Of a stretch of DNA of 64,000 nt, positions 10,115 through 19,731 are shown piece after piece (within the stretch, counting starts at the first letter, position 1; each line of letters opens with the position of its first letter). Source of the stretch: a virus; the IMG/VR virus record IMGVR_UViG_3300036860_000542, positions 1 to 64,000 of that record. One strand, 5' to 3'. The position numbers and the translations under genes are program-made. The notes under the pieces were generated by a model that was given only the letters and a program-made list of their open reading frames with translations, ran no database searches and was not told the origin of the DNA.

Positions 10115-13051
10115 ATGAGCCTGTCGGCCGAAGAAACGAACGAGATTCGGGGTCCGGGGGACTCTCCCCGGTGTGGCGAGTGTCCCTTCGCGCTCGAGGG
10201 ACGCCCATACCAACCCGTCCGTGGGATCGGCCCCCCGGACCCCCTTTTCCTGATCGTTGGCGAGGGCCCAGGTGCGAATGAGCGTGCTTCGGGCAAGCCC
10301 TTCATCGGCGCGAGTGGTGCGTTGCTCAACAAGGCCCTCGCCATGGTGCCGGCGGACCGGAATCGCGCTTGGGTCACGAACGCCCTGCTCTGCACACCTC
10401 CTGGCGCATCCGACGCTCAGAAGCGAGCCGCACGCGAGTGCTGCAAGCCTCGCCTCGACGCCGAGCTCGCGATGTTCCCAGGGAAGCCGGTCTCCGCGTT
10501 GGGCGCCGTCGCTGCTCACGCGCTTCTGGGAGAAAGGCAGTCGATCCGTGAAATGGCCGGCGCTACGTACGAGATTGAAGGGCGTGTGGTTGTTCCTACG
10601 ACTCACCCGGCTGCGATTCTCCGTGGCAGTGAGCAAGGCGAAGATCAAGAGGGTGGCGCGCACCGTGGGGACCTCGCCTTCTGGGCACTCGCGTACGATG
10701 TCGGGAAGGTAGCTCGCTTCGCCGAAGGCAAGCTCAACCGCTTCACGCAGGATGTCACCATCGAATGGAAGAATGGTGCGAGGGCGGATCAGCTTCTGGA
10801 AGAGATCGCCCACGAGATCATCGAGGACGAGCTGGGTGCCTGCGACACGGAGACGAACTCCTTGCGGCCGATGCAGTCCGTCATGTCGGCCATCGGCCTT
10901 GCGACGCGCAAGCGCGCCGTGTCGGTCCGCTGGGAGATCATCGGTCCCCGTGGCCTGGCCGCCATCCAGCGGGTGTTCTCACGGCCGTGGGTCCGGGTGG
11001 CCTTCCACAACGTCCTCTACGACCTCCCCGTCCTTCGTCACCATGGGTTCCGTCTCACCTGTCGGCTCGAGGACACGCTCCTGAAGCATCACAGCGCGTT
11101 CCCTGGGCTTGCTCACGACCTCCAGCGTGTCCTCACCCAGTTCTTCGTGGCGGCTCCGTGGAAGAGTGAGTTCCGCCAGGGCAAGAAAACCAAGGACCTC
11201 TTCGAGGACCTGGCCAACATCTCCCCGGACATCGGTGCTGATGAAGCCGAGAAGCGCTGGTTCGCTCTCCTCTGGTACAACGGCTGCGACACCCTGGCGA
11301 CTGCCCGGCTGGTGGATCCGCTCGACGAGCTCCTCACCAAGTTCAACGCCTGGGCGTCCTACAACGAGGACATCGCTCAGGTCCCCATCGCCAACGAGAT
11401 GCATGAGAACGGGACCCCACTCAACATCGAGCGCAACGACGAGATGGGTCGGTTCTTCACTCTCCGACTGGAAAAAGCGAAGGCGTTGTTCGAGGCGAAG
11501 GCGAACGACCCCGCAATTCGGACGAAGTTCCTCGACTACCTGGCCATGGAGCAAGCCAAGTCGATCCGCAAGGCCACCAAGGGCGGCAAGGGAACCCCTG
11601 AGCGCGTTCTCAAGAACGGGAAGATCAAGCCGGCCAAGCCGGGGAAGCCAGGTCGCCCTGCGGACCCGGCCGATTACGTCGAGCGCTGGTCCGTTCGTCA
11701 CGCCGAGATGACGGCTCTCGAGGGCACCAAGCGCCAGATCCAGTTCAAGATCGGGGCGCCGATGCATATCGTCGCCTACCTGAAGGCGAAGGGCATCCCG
11801 CTCTTCCTGGAGACGAAGACCGGTCGTCTGGCGGCCGGTGAACCGGCGCTACGACCCCTACGTCACCTCCCAGAGGTGCGGGCCCTGTTGTCGTACCGTG
11901 AGAACAAGACCGAGCTGGCCACGTTCATCCTCGGGGTGCGGAAGGCCCTCTACCCGGATGGACGGTTCCACTCACGCATCTCGATCTCGAAGATCACTGG
12001 TCGGTGGTCGTTCGAGGACCCGCAGGCGCAGAACTGGACCAAGGGAAAGCCCAAGTGGGTCTGCATGCACTGCGGACGGATGGAGAAAGCACACGAAGCG
12101 AAGCGTGCCGATGGCGCCTCTCTCTGCCCAGACGTGCTGGGAAAGCCGGAGTGGCCGCTGGGCGTGTACCCGAACGAGTCGAAGGTTCCCTCTGAGCCCA
12201 CGGTCTTCAAGAAGGAGAAGGGCACCTACGAGAACTGGCGGAAGAAGTGGCTTCTGCCTGATGGTACCGTCCACGAGAAGGGTCTGGAGAACGCCGGTGT
12301 GCCGAACCTCCGTTGGCAGGTGACGGCACCTCCGGGCTGGAAGTTGGTCGGGTTCGACATGGCGCAGCTCGAGGCTCGTCTGATTGCCCTCGAGTCGGGC
12401 GACGACTGGCTCATCTGGATCTTCGCCAACGACAAGGACATCCACTCCGAGGTGGCACGGGTGGTATGGGCCGACTTCGACAAGCAGCAGGTGGACGTGC
12501 GGAAGAGGCTCCGTGATTTCGTGAAGCGGCCGGAGTACGGCGCCTTCTACGGCGGCCAGGCCAACACGCTCTGGCAGAACATCCTGAAGGACGATCCCAC
12601 CGTCAAGAAGCAGGACATCGAGAAGGTGTTGGCCCTGATCAAACAGAAGATGGTCGGGGTCGGCGCCTGGCATCAACGGCTGCTCACCCAGGCGATGCTG
12701 CCTCCGCACGAGCTCCGGTCGATGTTCGGGCGTCGTTTCGTGTTCCCGTTGGGGACCTGCTCGCCCAATGACGCCTACAACAGCACGATCCAATCGGCCG
12801 GAGCTGGTATCATGGCTCGTGGTCTCAAGCGGCTGTACGAGCAAGTCGAAGCCGATCCTGAGAAGTGGAACTGGAACGTCGAAGCCAACCTGCAAATCCA
12901 CGACGCTTGCGTCTTCCTCTGTCGAGAGGAGCTCGCAGAAGAGTTCTGCGGGATCGTCAAGGCGTCGTTCGAGCAAGAGCACACCGTCAACGGCAAGACC
13001 GTCAAGTTTCCTGCGGACGCCAGGTTCGCGGATGACTGGGCAGGTCTGTAG
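10115..13051 (+). CDS. polA: family A DNA polymerase with N-terminal family-4 uracil-DNA glycosylase domain and 3'-5' exonuclease
   Basis: UDG: CGEC, GEGPG, PFIGASG, TNALLC, HPAAILR; exo: DTET, FHN..YD, YN..D; pol: DMAQLEARL, R...K...YG..YGG, QIHD. Confidence 0.92.
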   Translation: MSLSAEETNEIRGPGDSPRCGECPFALEGRPYQPVRGIGPPDPLFLIVGEGPGANERASGKPFIGASGALLNKALAMVPADRNRAWVTNALLCTPPGASDAQKRAARECCKPRLDAELAMFPGKPVSALGAVAAHALLGERQSIREMAGATYEIEGRVVVPTTHPAAILRGSEQGEDQEGGAHRGDLAFWALAYDVGKVARFAEGKLNRFTQDVTIEWKNGARADQLLEEIAHEIIEDELGACDTETNSLRPMQSVMSAIGLATRKRAVSVRWEIIGPRGLAAIQRVFSRPWVRVAFHNVLYDLPVLRHHGFRLTCRLEDTLLKHHSAFPGLAHDLQRVLTQFFVAAPWKSEFRQGKKTKDLFEDLANISPDIGADEAEKRWFALLWYNGCDTLATARLVDPLDELLTKFNAWASYNEDIAQVPIANEMHENGTPLNIERNDEMGRFFTLRLEKAKALFEAKANDPAIRTKFLDYLAMEQAKSIRKATKGGKGTPERVLKNGKIKPAKPGKPGRPADPADYVERWSVRHAEMTALEGTKRQIQFKIGAPMHIVAYLKAKGIPLFLETKTGRLAAGEPALRPLRHLPEVRALLSYRENKTELATFILGVRKALYPDGRFHSRISISKITGRWSFEDPQAQNWTKGKPKWVCMHCGRMEKAHEAKRADGASLCPDVLGKPEWPLGVYPNESKVPSEPTVFKKEKGTYENWRKKWLLPDGTVHEKGLENAGVPNLRWQVTAPPGWKLVGFDMAQLEARLIALESGDDWLIWIFANDKDIHSEVARVVWADFDKQQVDVRKRLRDFVKRPEYGAFYGGQANTLWQNILKDDPTVKKQDIEKVLALIKQKMVGVGAWHQRLLTQAMLPPHELRSMFGRRFVFPLGTCSPNDAYNSTIQSAGAGIMARGLKRLYEQVEADPEKWNWNVEANLQIHDACVFLCREELAEEFCGIVKASFEQEHTVNGKTVKFPADARFADDWAGL

Positions 13052-13063
13052 AAGGAGAAACCG

Positions 13064-15295
13064 ATGGAGCCCGCTCTCACGGACAACGCAGTGCAGGTGC
13101 TCAACAAGCGCTACCTCGTCAAGAACGAAGCCGGCGAGGTCGTGGAGACGCCTCGGCAGATGTTCGAACGGGTGGCGACGTTCATCGCCTCAGCCGATTC
13201 CGCCTACGGGGACGACCCAGGAGACTTCGCCGCCATCGCCTACGACATGATGGCCAACCGGGACTTTCTTCCCAACACGCCGTGCTTGGCCAACGCCGGG
13301 CGAGTGAACGGCACCGGCCAGCTCGCCGCCTGCTTCGTCCTGCCGGTCCCGGACTCCATGTACGAGATCATGGAGACCCTCAAGCACACCGCGCTGATCC
13401 ACCAGAGCGGTGGCGGCACCGGCTTCTCCTTCTCACGTCTCCGCCCGAACGGCGATTTCGTGAAGTCGTCCACCGGCGTGGCCAGCGGCCCGATCTCGTT
13501 CATGCGCATGTACAACAACACCACCGACTGCGTGAAGCAGAGCGGTCTCCGGCGTGGCGCCAACATGGGCATCCTCCGTGTGGACCACCCAGACATCATG
13601 GAGTTCATCACCTGCAAGCAGGACATGAAGGAGATCACCAACTTCAACATCTCCGTGGGCGTCACCAACGCCTTCATGTCGGCGTTCTTCGGCGACGAGG
13701 CGTACGACCTCATCAACCCAAGGACCGGGAAGTCGGTCGGACGCATCGGCGCTCGCCTGGTGTGGGGGAAGATCGTGAAGAACGCCTGGCTCAACGGGGA
13801 CCCGGGCATCTTCTTCATCGATCGCGTCAACGAGCTCGACCCGCTCACGGAGGTCCTCGGACCCATCGAGGCGACCAACCCCTGTGGCGAGGTGCCTCTT
13901 CGCGCCTACGATGCCTGCACGTTGGGCTCGATCAACGTGGGGAACTTCGTCTCTCACAGGGGAAACGGTGAGCCTATCATCGACTGGGGACGGCTCGAGC
14001 AGACGACACAACATGCTGTGCACTTCCTCGACAACGTCCTCACCGTCAACAAGTACCCAGTGAAGCAGATCTACGAAGTCACCCTGGCGAGTCGCAAGAT
14101 CGGACTCGGGGTCATGGGTTGGGCAGACACGCTGGCAAAGCTGAACATCCCGTACGACTCGGAGAAGGCTCTCAAGCTCGCTAGCCAAGTGGCGGAAGGT
14201 CTGAACGACTGGGCCGTGTACGCCTCCGAAGATCTGGCGCGTCGGCGTGGTGCGTTCCCCGCGTGGGAAGGCTCGCGTTGGCAGAAGCGTGGCGACGAGC
14301 CCCGTCGTAACTCGACTGTCACCGTCATCGCTCCCACTGGTTCGATTTCGATCATCGCTGGGTGCAGCTCGGGGATCGAGCCGTTCTTCGCCCTCTCCTA
14401 CGAGCGCAACCAGGCCGGCATGAAGATGAACGACTTCAACCAGGACTTCGCCGAGCGAGTGAGGCAGTACCTGAACGGCACCTCGGAGCCGGCGTTGTCC
14501 CAGGTGGCCATTACCGGGTCATGCCAGGACATCGCCGATCTGCCAGAAGGTCTTCGCGCCGTCTACAAGACGGCGTCGGAGATCGAGACCGACTGGCACG
14601 TGAAGATGCAGGCGGCCTTCCAACGGTACGTCGAAGACGGCGTCTCCAAGACGATCAACATGCCCAACAACGCCACCGAGGAGGACGTGGAGCACGCCTA
14701 CCGGCTCGCCTGGGAACTCGGGTGCAAGGGCATCACCGTCTACCGGGACGGTTGCAGACCCACGCAGGTCCTGGAGACCAAGAAGGCTTCAGCACCTACA
14801 ACCAAGTCATCGGCCTGGCCTTGGCGGAAGATCCCAGAAGAGACCGGCGAGCGAGAGGGCAAGACCATCACCAAGGGCACTGCCTTCGGGTCGCTGCACA
14901 CCACGATCAACCGACACCCAGACGACAACCAGCCGTTCGAGTGCTTCGGCTCCTTGGGGAAGGGCGGTGCCGAGGTGACGGCGTTCGCCGCCGCACTCGG
15001 GCGAGCGAGCTCCTTGCTCCTGCAGATCCCGTCGGAGTTGTCGCCGACCGAGCGGCTCGCCATGTTGGCGAAGCAGCTCATGGGTCTGTCGGGGACACAG
15101 CACGGCTTCGGCGACAAGAAGGTGGAGTCGGTGCCGGATGCGATGGCCAAGGCCATCATCCAGTTCCTTGCCAAGGAGGGTGTGGCGACCGACGCCAAGT
15201 TGGTCAAGGACGTCTGTCCCGACTGCAAGAAGGCCGCCCTGGTCAAGGGAGGCAAGTGCGACCTGTGTGAGTCGTGTGGCTACAGCAAATGTTGA
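13064..15295 (+). CDS. nrdJ: class II (B12-dependent) ribonucleotide reductase
   Basis: PNTPCL, ACFVL, GGGTG, TNPCGE, IAPTGSIS, SKTIN, KGITVYRDG; C-terminal TSCPD-like domain and Zn ribbon; no small subunit nearby. Confidence 0.9.
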   Translation: MEPALTDNAVQVLNKRYLVKNEAGEVVETPRQMFERVATFIASADSAYGDDPGDFAAIAYDMMANRDFLPNTPCLANAGRVNGTGQLAACFVLPVPDSMYEIMETLKHTALIHQSGGGTGFSFSRLRPNGDFVKSSTGVASGPISFMRMYNNTTDCVKQSGLRRGANMGILRVDHPDIMEFITCKQDMKEITNFNISVGVTNAFMSAFFGDEAYDLINPRTGKSVGRIGARLVWGKIVKNAWLNGDPGIFFIDRVNELDPLTEVLGPIEATNPCGEVPLRAYDACTLGSINVGNFVSHRGNGEPIIDWGRLEQTTQHAVHFLDNVLTVNKYPVKQIYEVTLASRKIGLGVMGWADTLAKLNIPYDSEKALKLASQVAEGLNDWAVYASEDLARRRGAFPAWEGSRWQKRGDEPRRNSTVTVIAPTGSISIIAGCSSGIEPFFALSYERNQAGMKMNDFNQDFAERVRQYLNGTSEPALSQVAITGSCQDIADLPEGLRAVYKTASEIETDWHVKMQAAFQRYVEDGVSKTINMPNNATEEDVEHAYRLAWELGCKGITVYRDGCRPTQVLETKKASAPTTKSSAWPWRKIPEETGEREGKTITKGTAFGSLHTTINRHPDDNQPFECFGSLGKGGAEVTAFAAALGRASSLLLQIPSELSPTERLAMLAKQLMGLSGTQHGFGDKKVESVPDAMAKAIIQFLAKEGVATDAKLVKDVCPDCKKAALVKGGKCDLCESCGYSKC

Positions 15296-15564
15296 AAGAG
15301 GTGACCTGTGTCCGATGATGAAGCCGCTGTCATTGCAAAGATCCAGAAGGTCGCAGACGAGATGATGAAGCCGCTCTTGGAGAGCGGGCTCAGCCTCTGG
15401 GAAGGGATGTCGGCCGTCTCCTACTTGGCTGTTGGGGCGATCCGTTACTCCGCGGGGGCCGCGGACAAGTGCCCGGCGTGCATCGCCGATCGCTTCATCG
15501 CGCTTCTGAAGGAGACGACGGATCTGGCAACCCATATCGGTGACGGAACAAGGACGGTGCACTG

Positions 15565-16047
15565 ATGTCGAAGCTGTTCTACGTGGCCTCTGGTCTCGCA
15601 AACGCCGATCGGGTGGGGAACCTCGTCCGTGAGCTCGAGAGCTACGGGTGGACCTGTACCTATGACTGGACGCTCGCCGAGATCAGTCCTACGGAGGGTT
15701 CGGTCGGTACGCCTGAGGAGAAGGAGCAGATCGCCTGGCATGAGATCAACGGCGTCATCGAGGCCGACATCATGGTGCTGTGGCTGCCAGGCGGCCGTGG
15801 TGCCCACGTCGAGCTCGGAGCGGCGTTGTCCTCCATGATCCCTGTCCTCCTGGTGTACGACAAGGAGGAGGACTTGAGAGGAGGGAGCGGCTTCGGTTAC
15901 GAGTGCATCTTCTATCTGCACGAGCGCGTGACGAAGTACAAGTACACAAGGGACATGGGTACGGTCGCGCTGGTCCACGAGATGGACCAGTTGTACGCCG
16001 CGCTCCTGTCCGAGACTGAGGACTGGGTCGCCTCGAAGGGGGGATGA
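15565..16047 (+). CDS. nucleoside 2-deoxyribosyltransferase-like protein
   Basis: FYVAS...EINGVIEAD...PGGRGAHVELGAAL. Confidence 0.75.
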   Translation: MSKLFYVASGLANADRVGNLVRELESYGWTCTYDWTLAEISPTEGSVGTPEEKEQIAWHEINGVIEADIMVLWLPGGRGAHVELGAALSSMIPVLLVYDKEEDLRGGSGFGYECIFYLHERVTKYKYTRDMGTVALVHEMDQLYAALLSETEDWVASKGG

Positions 16048-16820
16048 CGATGAGCGCGACGAACAGGGGTGAGGAACGCTACGACTTCGACGACTACCCT
16101 ACGCCCAATTGGTGCGTCCACCGGATGCTCGACAAGATGAAGCCGTACCTGCACGGTGACTTCTGGATCGACCCGTGCGCGGGTAGCGGCTCCCTGATCA
16201 AGGCGGTGAACAGCCACTACGCCGTCCCCAAACTCAACTGGCACGCCAACGACATCCAGGCGGTGAACAAGGAGCCGCTCTTGCGCCTCGCAAGCTGGGC
16301 GAACATCAGCGACATCACCCACTGGCTGCCCGACGACGAGCTGCCCAAGTACGACGTCTGGATCACGAACCCTCCTTATAATCTCGCTCGCGAGGTCATC
16401 GAGGTCGGGATGCAGCACGCCAAGACGGTGGCGATGCTCCTCCGGCTGAACTTCCTCGGCTCGAAGGCGCGGCACCCGTGGATCTCGACCCATATGCCGA
16501 AGTACATCGGCGTTCTTCCCGACCGGCCGGCGTTCCGCGTCTCCAAGAAGACCGGCAAGCTGGGGACGGACGCGACGGAATACGCCTGGATGGTGTGGCA
16601 GGCGTGGGATCAGCCTGGGACGTTCGACTTCCGTCGGAAGGAGTCCGAGACCTTCATGCTGGGGTTGACGGATCCTCGAGTCCTCGAAGAGGATCGAGAG
16701 CGAATCAGGGCTGGTTGCACTCCGCGCAGAACCCGCAGTGAGCCTCCTCCTCTTCCTCAGGATTCGTCTCCAACTGCGGCTTCGTCTTTATCAGACCCGC
16801 CTCACGAAGAGCTGGCTTGA
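16044..16820 (+). CDS. DNA amino-methyltransferase (probably N6-adenine)
   Basis: D.YPTP, IDPCAGSG motif I, ITNPPY motif IV, YAWMVW. Confidence 0.85.
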   Translation: MTMSATNRGEERYDFDDYPTPNWCVHRMLDKMKPYLHGDFWIDPCAGSGSLIKAVNSHYAVPKLNWHANDIQAVNKEPLLRLASWANISDITHWLPDDELPKYDVWITNPPYNLAREVIEVGMQHAKTVAMLLRLNFLGSKARHPWISTHMPKYIGVLPDRPAFRVSKKTGKLGTDATEYAWMVWQAWDQPGTFDFRRKESETFMLGLTDPRVLEEDRERIRAGCTPRRTRSEPPPLPQDSSPTAASSLSDPPHEELA

Positions 16821-18069
16821 GGTCCTGGATGTCCTTCATCTTCTTGAAGGGCACACCCAATCCCTCCTTGAGGAACTCCATGATGTCCTCGACATCGTCG
16901 GCGCCGGGGAGCTCGTTGTTATCCGCCTTGATCTGATTGATGCGGTCGAAGCTGCCGTCGGGCTTGAGGATGGCCTGCATGGTGAAGAGCCGGGTGCCGT
17001 CGGCATCTCGCATCGAGAAGATCTTGTTCTTCCCCGACTCCACCGCTTGGATGAAGCCGAACTGCTTCGAGCCGACGCAGAGACCACGACCACGACCTTC
17101 AGCCGGCAGTTCGGACGCCAATAGATCGACGACGTAGCCACCGTCCTTGAAGCGGTAGATGATGCGATCCTCATCGATGGCCTCGGCCGCTTTGCCTTCG
17201 CCCTCGACGTCTTCGAGGGCGGCGGCTACGGCTTCCTCGAGCTTGTCCCAGTCGGGGTCCGCGTCGGCGTAATGCTGAGCGTACTCCGAGATCTCGATGC
17301 CGTACCTGTTGGCCGCCTTCTCGATCTCGTTGAGGTCTAGGTTCAAGTCGGTCTTGTGATTGATCTCGACGAGGGCGTCCTCGATTTCGTCCGGGTACAT
17401 ACCCTCGATGATCTCCTTGAGGTCGTGTTGGTCGATGTAGAAGCTCTCGTAGGCAGTCGCCTTGAAGAAAGCCCCGCTGTAGGAGTCGGCGTTGTAGTCG
17501 AACGTCCAGTTGTCGCGGTCCTGCATGGCTTCGTTGAAGGCGGCGTCGATCTGCTCGAAGGAGTAGTCCTCTGCGAACTTGTGGCGGAGGTCGTCCAGGA
17601 GCTCCTTGTAGCGACGGCCGTGACCTCTCTCGATGTAGCCAGCGGCGTCGTTCTCCATCTCACCGAAGTAGTAGTCGAAGTCGCCCTCGAAGCTATCCTG
17701 CAAGTAGTTGGTGTCGGGCTCCTGAGTCCACTCGTGTCGCTTCACGAACTCGGCGACCATCTTCTCGATGCGTTCTTGTGACTCTGGATCGTCGGCCCGG
17801 ATCTGTTCTTGGACTTCTTCGTCGAGCTCGTCCCATTCATCATCCGGGATGTCGGCGCGGCGGACCCGCCCACGGCGCTTGCGATCAGCCGCATGGATCG
17901 CAGCCTGGAGATTCTCGTCGAGCTCCTCCCACTCGTCGTCGGAGAAGGCGCTTCGGGGGAGCTTCAAGAGCTCCTCCTCGGTCATCTCTTCGAGGGGCTT
18001 GAAGACCCTCGTGGGGGAACTCTCGAACAAATCCGGGTGGGTACCAACGGTCGGGTTTCTTCGCCCCAT
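16705..18069 (-). CDS. large acidic protein with C-terminal PcfJ-like domain
   Basis: EL.AEG....CVG...IFS.RD..G....T...QIK..NN; starts MGRRNP; start codon uncertain. Confidence 0.65.
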   Translation of the reverse strand: MGRRNPTVGTHPDLFESSPTRVFKPLEEMTEEELLKLPRSAFSDDEWEELDENLQAAIHAADRKRRGRVRRADIPDDEWDELDEEVQEQIRADDPESQERIEKMVAEFVKRHEWTQEPDTNYLQDSFEGDFDYYFGEMENDAAGYIERGHGRRYKELLDDLRHKFAEDYSFEQIDAAFNEAMQDRDNWTFDYNADSYSGAFFKATAYESFYIDQHDLKEIIEGMYPDEIEDALVEINHKTDLNLDLNEIEKAANRYGIEISEYAQHYADADPDWDKLEEAVAAALEDVEGEGKAAEAIDEDRIIYRFKDGGYVVDLLASELPAEGRGRGLCVGSKQFGFIQAVESGKNKIFSMRDADGTRLFTMQAILKPDGSFDRINQIKADNNELPGADDVEDIMEFLKEGLGVPFKKMKDIQDLKPALREAGLIKTKPQLETNPEEEEEAHCGFCAECNQP

Positions 18070-18096
18070 GTTCATAGGGTAGCATAACGGTCGAAG

Positions 18097-18126
18097 TTGA
18101 CGTACCCCCCGTAAGGAGGCTACACT
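18097..18126 (+). promoter_or_regulatory. sigma70-like promoter
   Basis: TTGACG-18 nt-TACACT upstream of 18155. Confidence 0.55.
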
Positions 18127-18154
18127 TTTAGCTAATCCGGTTAGGAGCTCCCTG

Positions 18155-18844
18155 ATGCCCGCAAAGCGTGGTGCCAAGCGACCGATTCATCTCCCTGCTC
18201 TGGCGACTCGCAAGCGACGTGCTCGCAAGAACCCGTCCTCGGATGGGTTCATCTCCAACGCCAAGGACGCAGTCATCGCCAACGGCCTGGTCCATGCGGC
18301 CGGAGGCTACGCCAGCGCCCGCCTGGCCGGTCGAATCGCTCGCCGCATGCTAGCGGCCAAGTTCCCGGCCCTGGGCCGCCACGCCACTCCGCTGGGCAAC
18401 GTCGCCATGGCGGCCGTGATCTACATGGTCACCAAGAAGTGGCGGAAGGTGCGCGAGGAGGCAGTGATCGGCGCCGTGATCGCGGTCATCCAGTCCATCC
18501 TCCAGGCGTACATGCCCGGCTTGGCCGCGATGCTGATGGACACGGACGCCAGCCTCGAGCTGGCTGGGGCGAAGGCGGCGGCCGGTCTGGATGCTGCGCC
18601 GCAAGCGATGAGGAAGCCTGGTCTCCGCAAGAAGTTCGTCCTGCCCGGTGAGATCGAGGCTGGTCGTGCCGAGGAAGCGCGAGCGAGCTCCAACGGGCCG
18701 GTGAAGTACGTCATGCCCGGCTCTCCTGGATCAGGTTACGGTGCGCCATCGGTCGGAGACGACTTCGAAGACGCCACGGCGAACATCCCGGACACGGCTG
18801 GTGATCTCGAAGGCGACGACGACCTGGGCATCTTCAACCAGTAG
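18155..18844 (+). CDS. putative virion membrane/core protein, paralog of the C-terminal domain of 41466-42881
   Basis: Basic leader ending RKNP; LGRHATPL, VTKKWR, IGAVIAVIQSILQAYMP align with the larger protein. Confidence 0.7.
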   Translation: MPAKRGAKRPIHLPALATRKRRARKNPSSDGFISNAKDAVIANGLVHAAGGYASARLAGRIARRMLAAKFPALGRHATPLGNVAMAAVIYMVTKKWRKVREEAVIGAVIAVIQSILQAYMPGLAAMLMDTDASLELAGAKAAAGLDAAPQAMRKPGLRKKFVLPGEIEAGRAEEARASSNGPVKYVMPGSPGSGYGAPSVGDDFEDATANIPDTAGDLEGDDDLGIFNQ

Positions 18845-18897
18845 GAGGTCCTCTGCTCGAAGTCATCGAGTGCCTCTCGGACTCCGATTCGTGGAGT

Positions 18898-19344
18898 TTG
18901 AGCTCGGAGAGCGATCCGCCTGGTGAGCCTCCGGCGACTCCTCCGCCAAAGATCAGGTTGAGCGATGACGAGAAGAGGCGGAAGACGGTCCTGATCGTTG
19001 AGGACGATCAGGACGTCCGCGTAGCGGTCATGGACTGCCTGGCAGAGGAACACTACAGCGCGGTTGCGGTCCGCAACGGTGTGGAGGCCATCTACTACCT
19101 CACTCGCGTTCCAAGGCTGCCAGACCTCATCCTGCTCGACCTGGTGATGCCTGTGATGGATGGCTGGACGCTCAGGAAGAAGCTCGAGGCGAACCCCGAG
19201 TGGAACCGGATCCCAGTCGTGATCTACAGTGCCAACACTCGGGTCCGACCCATCACGGCCGCTGTTGTGCTTGCCAAGCCGATCAGCTTGGCCACGTTGG
19301 TGGACGTCATCGAAGAGCAGATCGTGAAGAAGAATAAACCATGA
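18898..19344 (+). CDS. stand-alone response-regulator receiver (CheY-like) protein
   Basis: VLIVEDD, PDLILLDLVMPVMDG, IPVVIYSA, LAKP. Confidence 0.9.
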   Translation: MSSESDPPGEPPATPPPKIRLSDDEKRRKTVLIVEDDQDVRVAVMDCLAEEHYSAVAVRNGVEAIYYLTRVPRLPDLILLDLVMPVMDGWTLRKKLEANPEWNRIPVVIYSANTRVRPITAAVVLAKPISLATLVDVIEEQIVKKNKP

Positions 19345-19652
19345 AGCTAGTCGATCTCGACCCGAGATGGATCAGTAGCGGCGGTGAGGGGATCACACGG
19401 AACGGCCAGCCTGTCCTCCAACGCGACGGCGTCGGGATCGGCTGTGACTGCCCATGCGGTACCGAAGGATGTTGGCTGGCAGTCTACTTCACGAACCCGA
19501 TTGATGGCGGCCCGACACTTGAGGGTGTCACCGTCTCCTGGCAGCGGACCGGTGACACCTTCGAGACGCTCACGCTTCGCCCTTCACTACAGCGACGAGG
19601 CGGCTGCGACTGGCACGGCTTCTTGACCGACGGCGTCTTCGTGAAGGTCTAG
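19341..19652 (+). CDS. small Zn-binding protein (DUF6527-like)
   Basis: CPCG...W...TL.PS....C.WHG.L.DG. Confidence 0.65.
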   Translation: MKLVDLDPRWISSGGEGITRNGQPVLQRDGVGIGCDCPCGTEGCWLAVYFTNPIDGGPTLEGVTVSWQRTGDTFETLTLRPSLQRRGGCDWHGFLTDGVFVKV

Positions 19653-19731
19653 AACTCTCTCAACAACAGCCGATAGAGAAGGAAGTAGGTGAGATTCTCG
19701 CCTTCGAGCCGCACCCACACTTCATGGTCGA

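Noticed and set aside
12040-12300. Intein or intron in the polymerase insert
   Set aside because: The frame is continuous and no intein splice-junction residues (N-terminal Cys/Ser, C-terminal His-Asn) are evident
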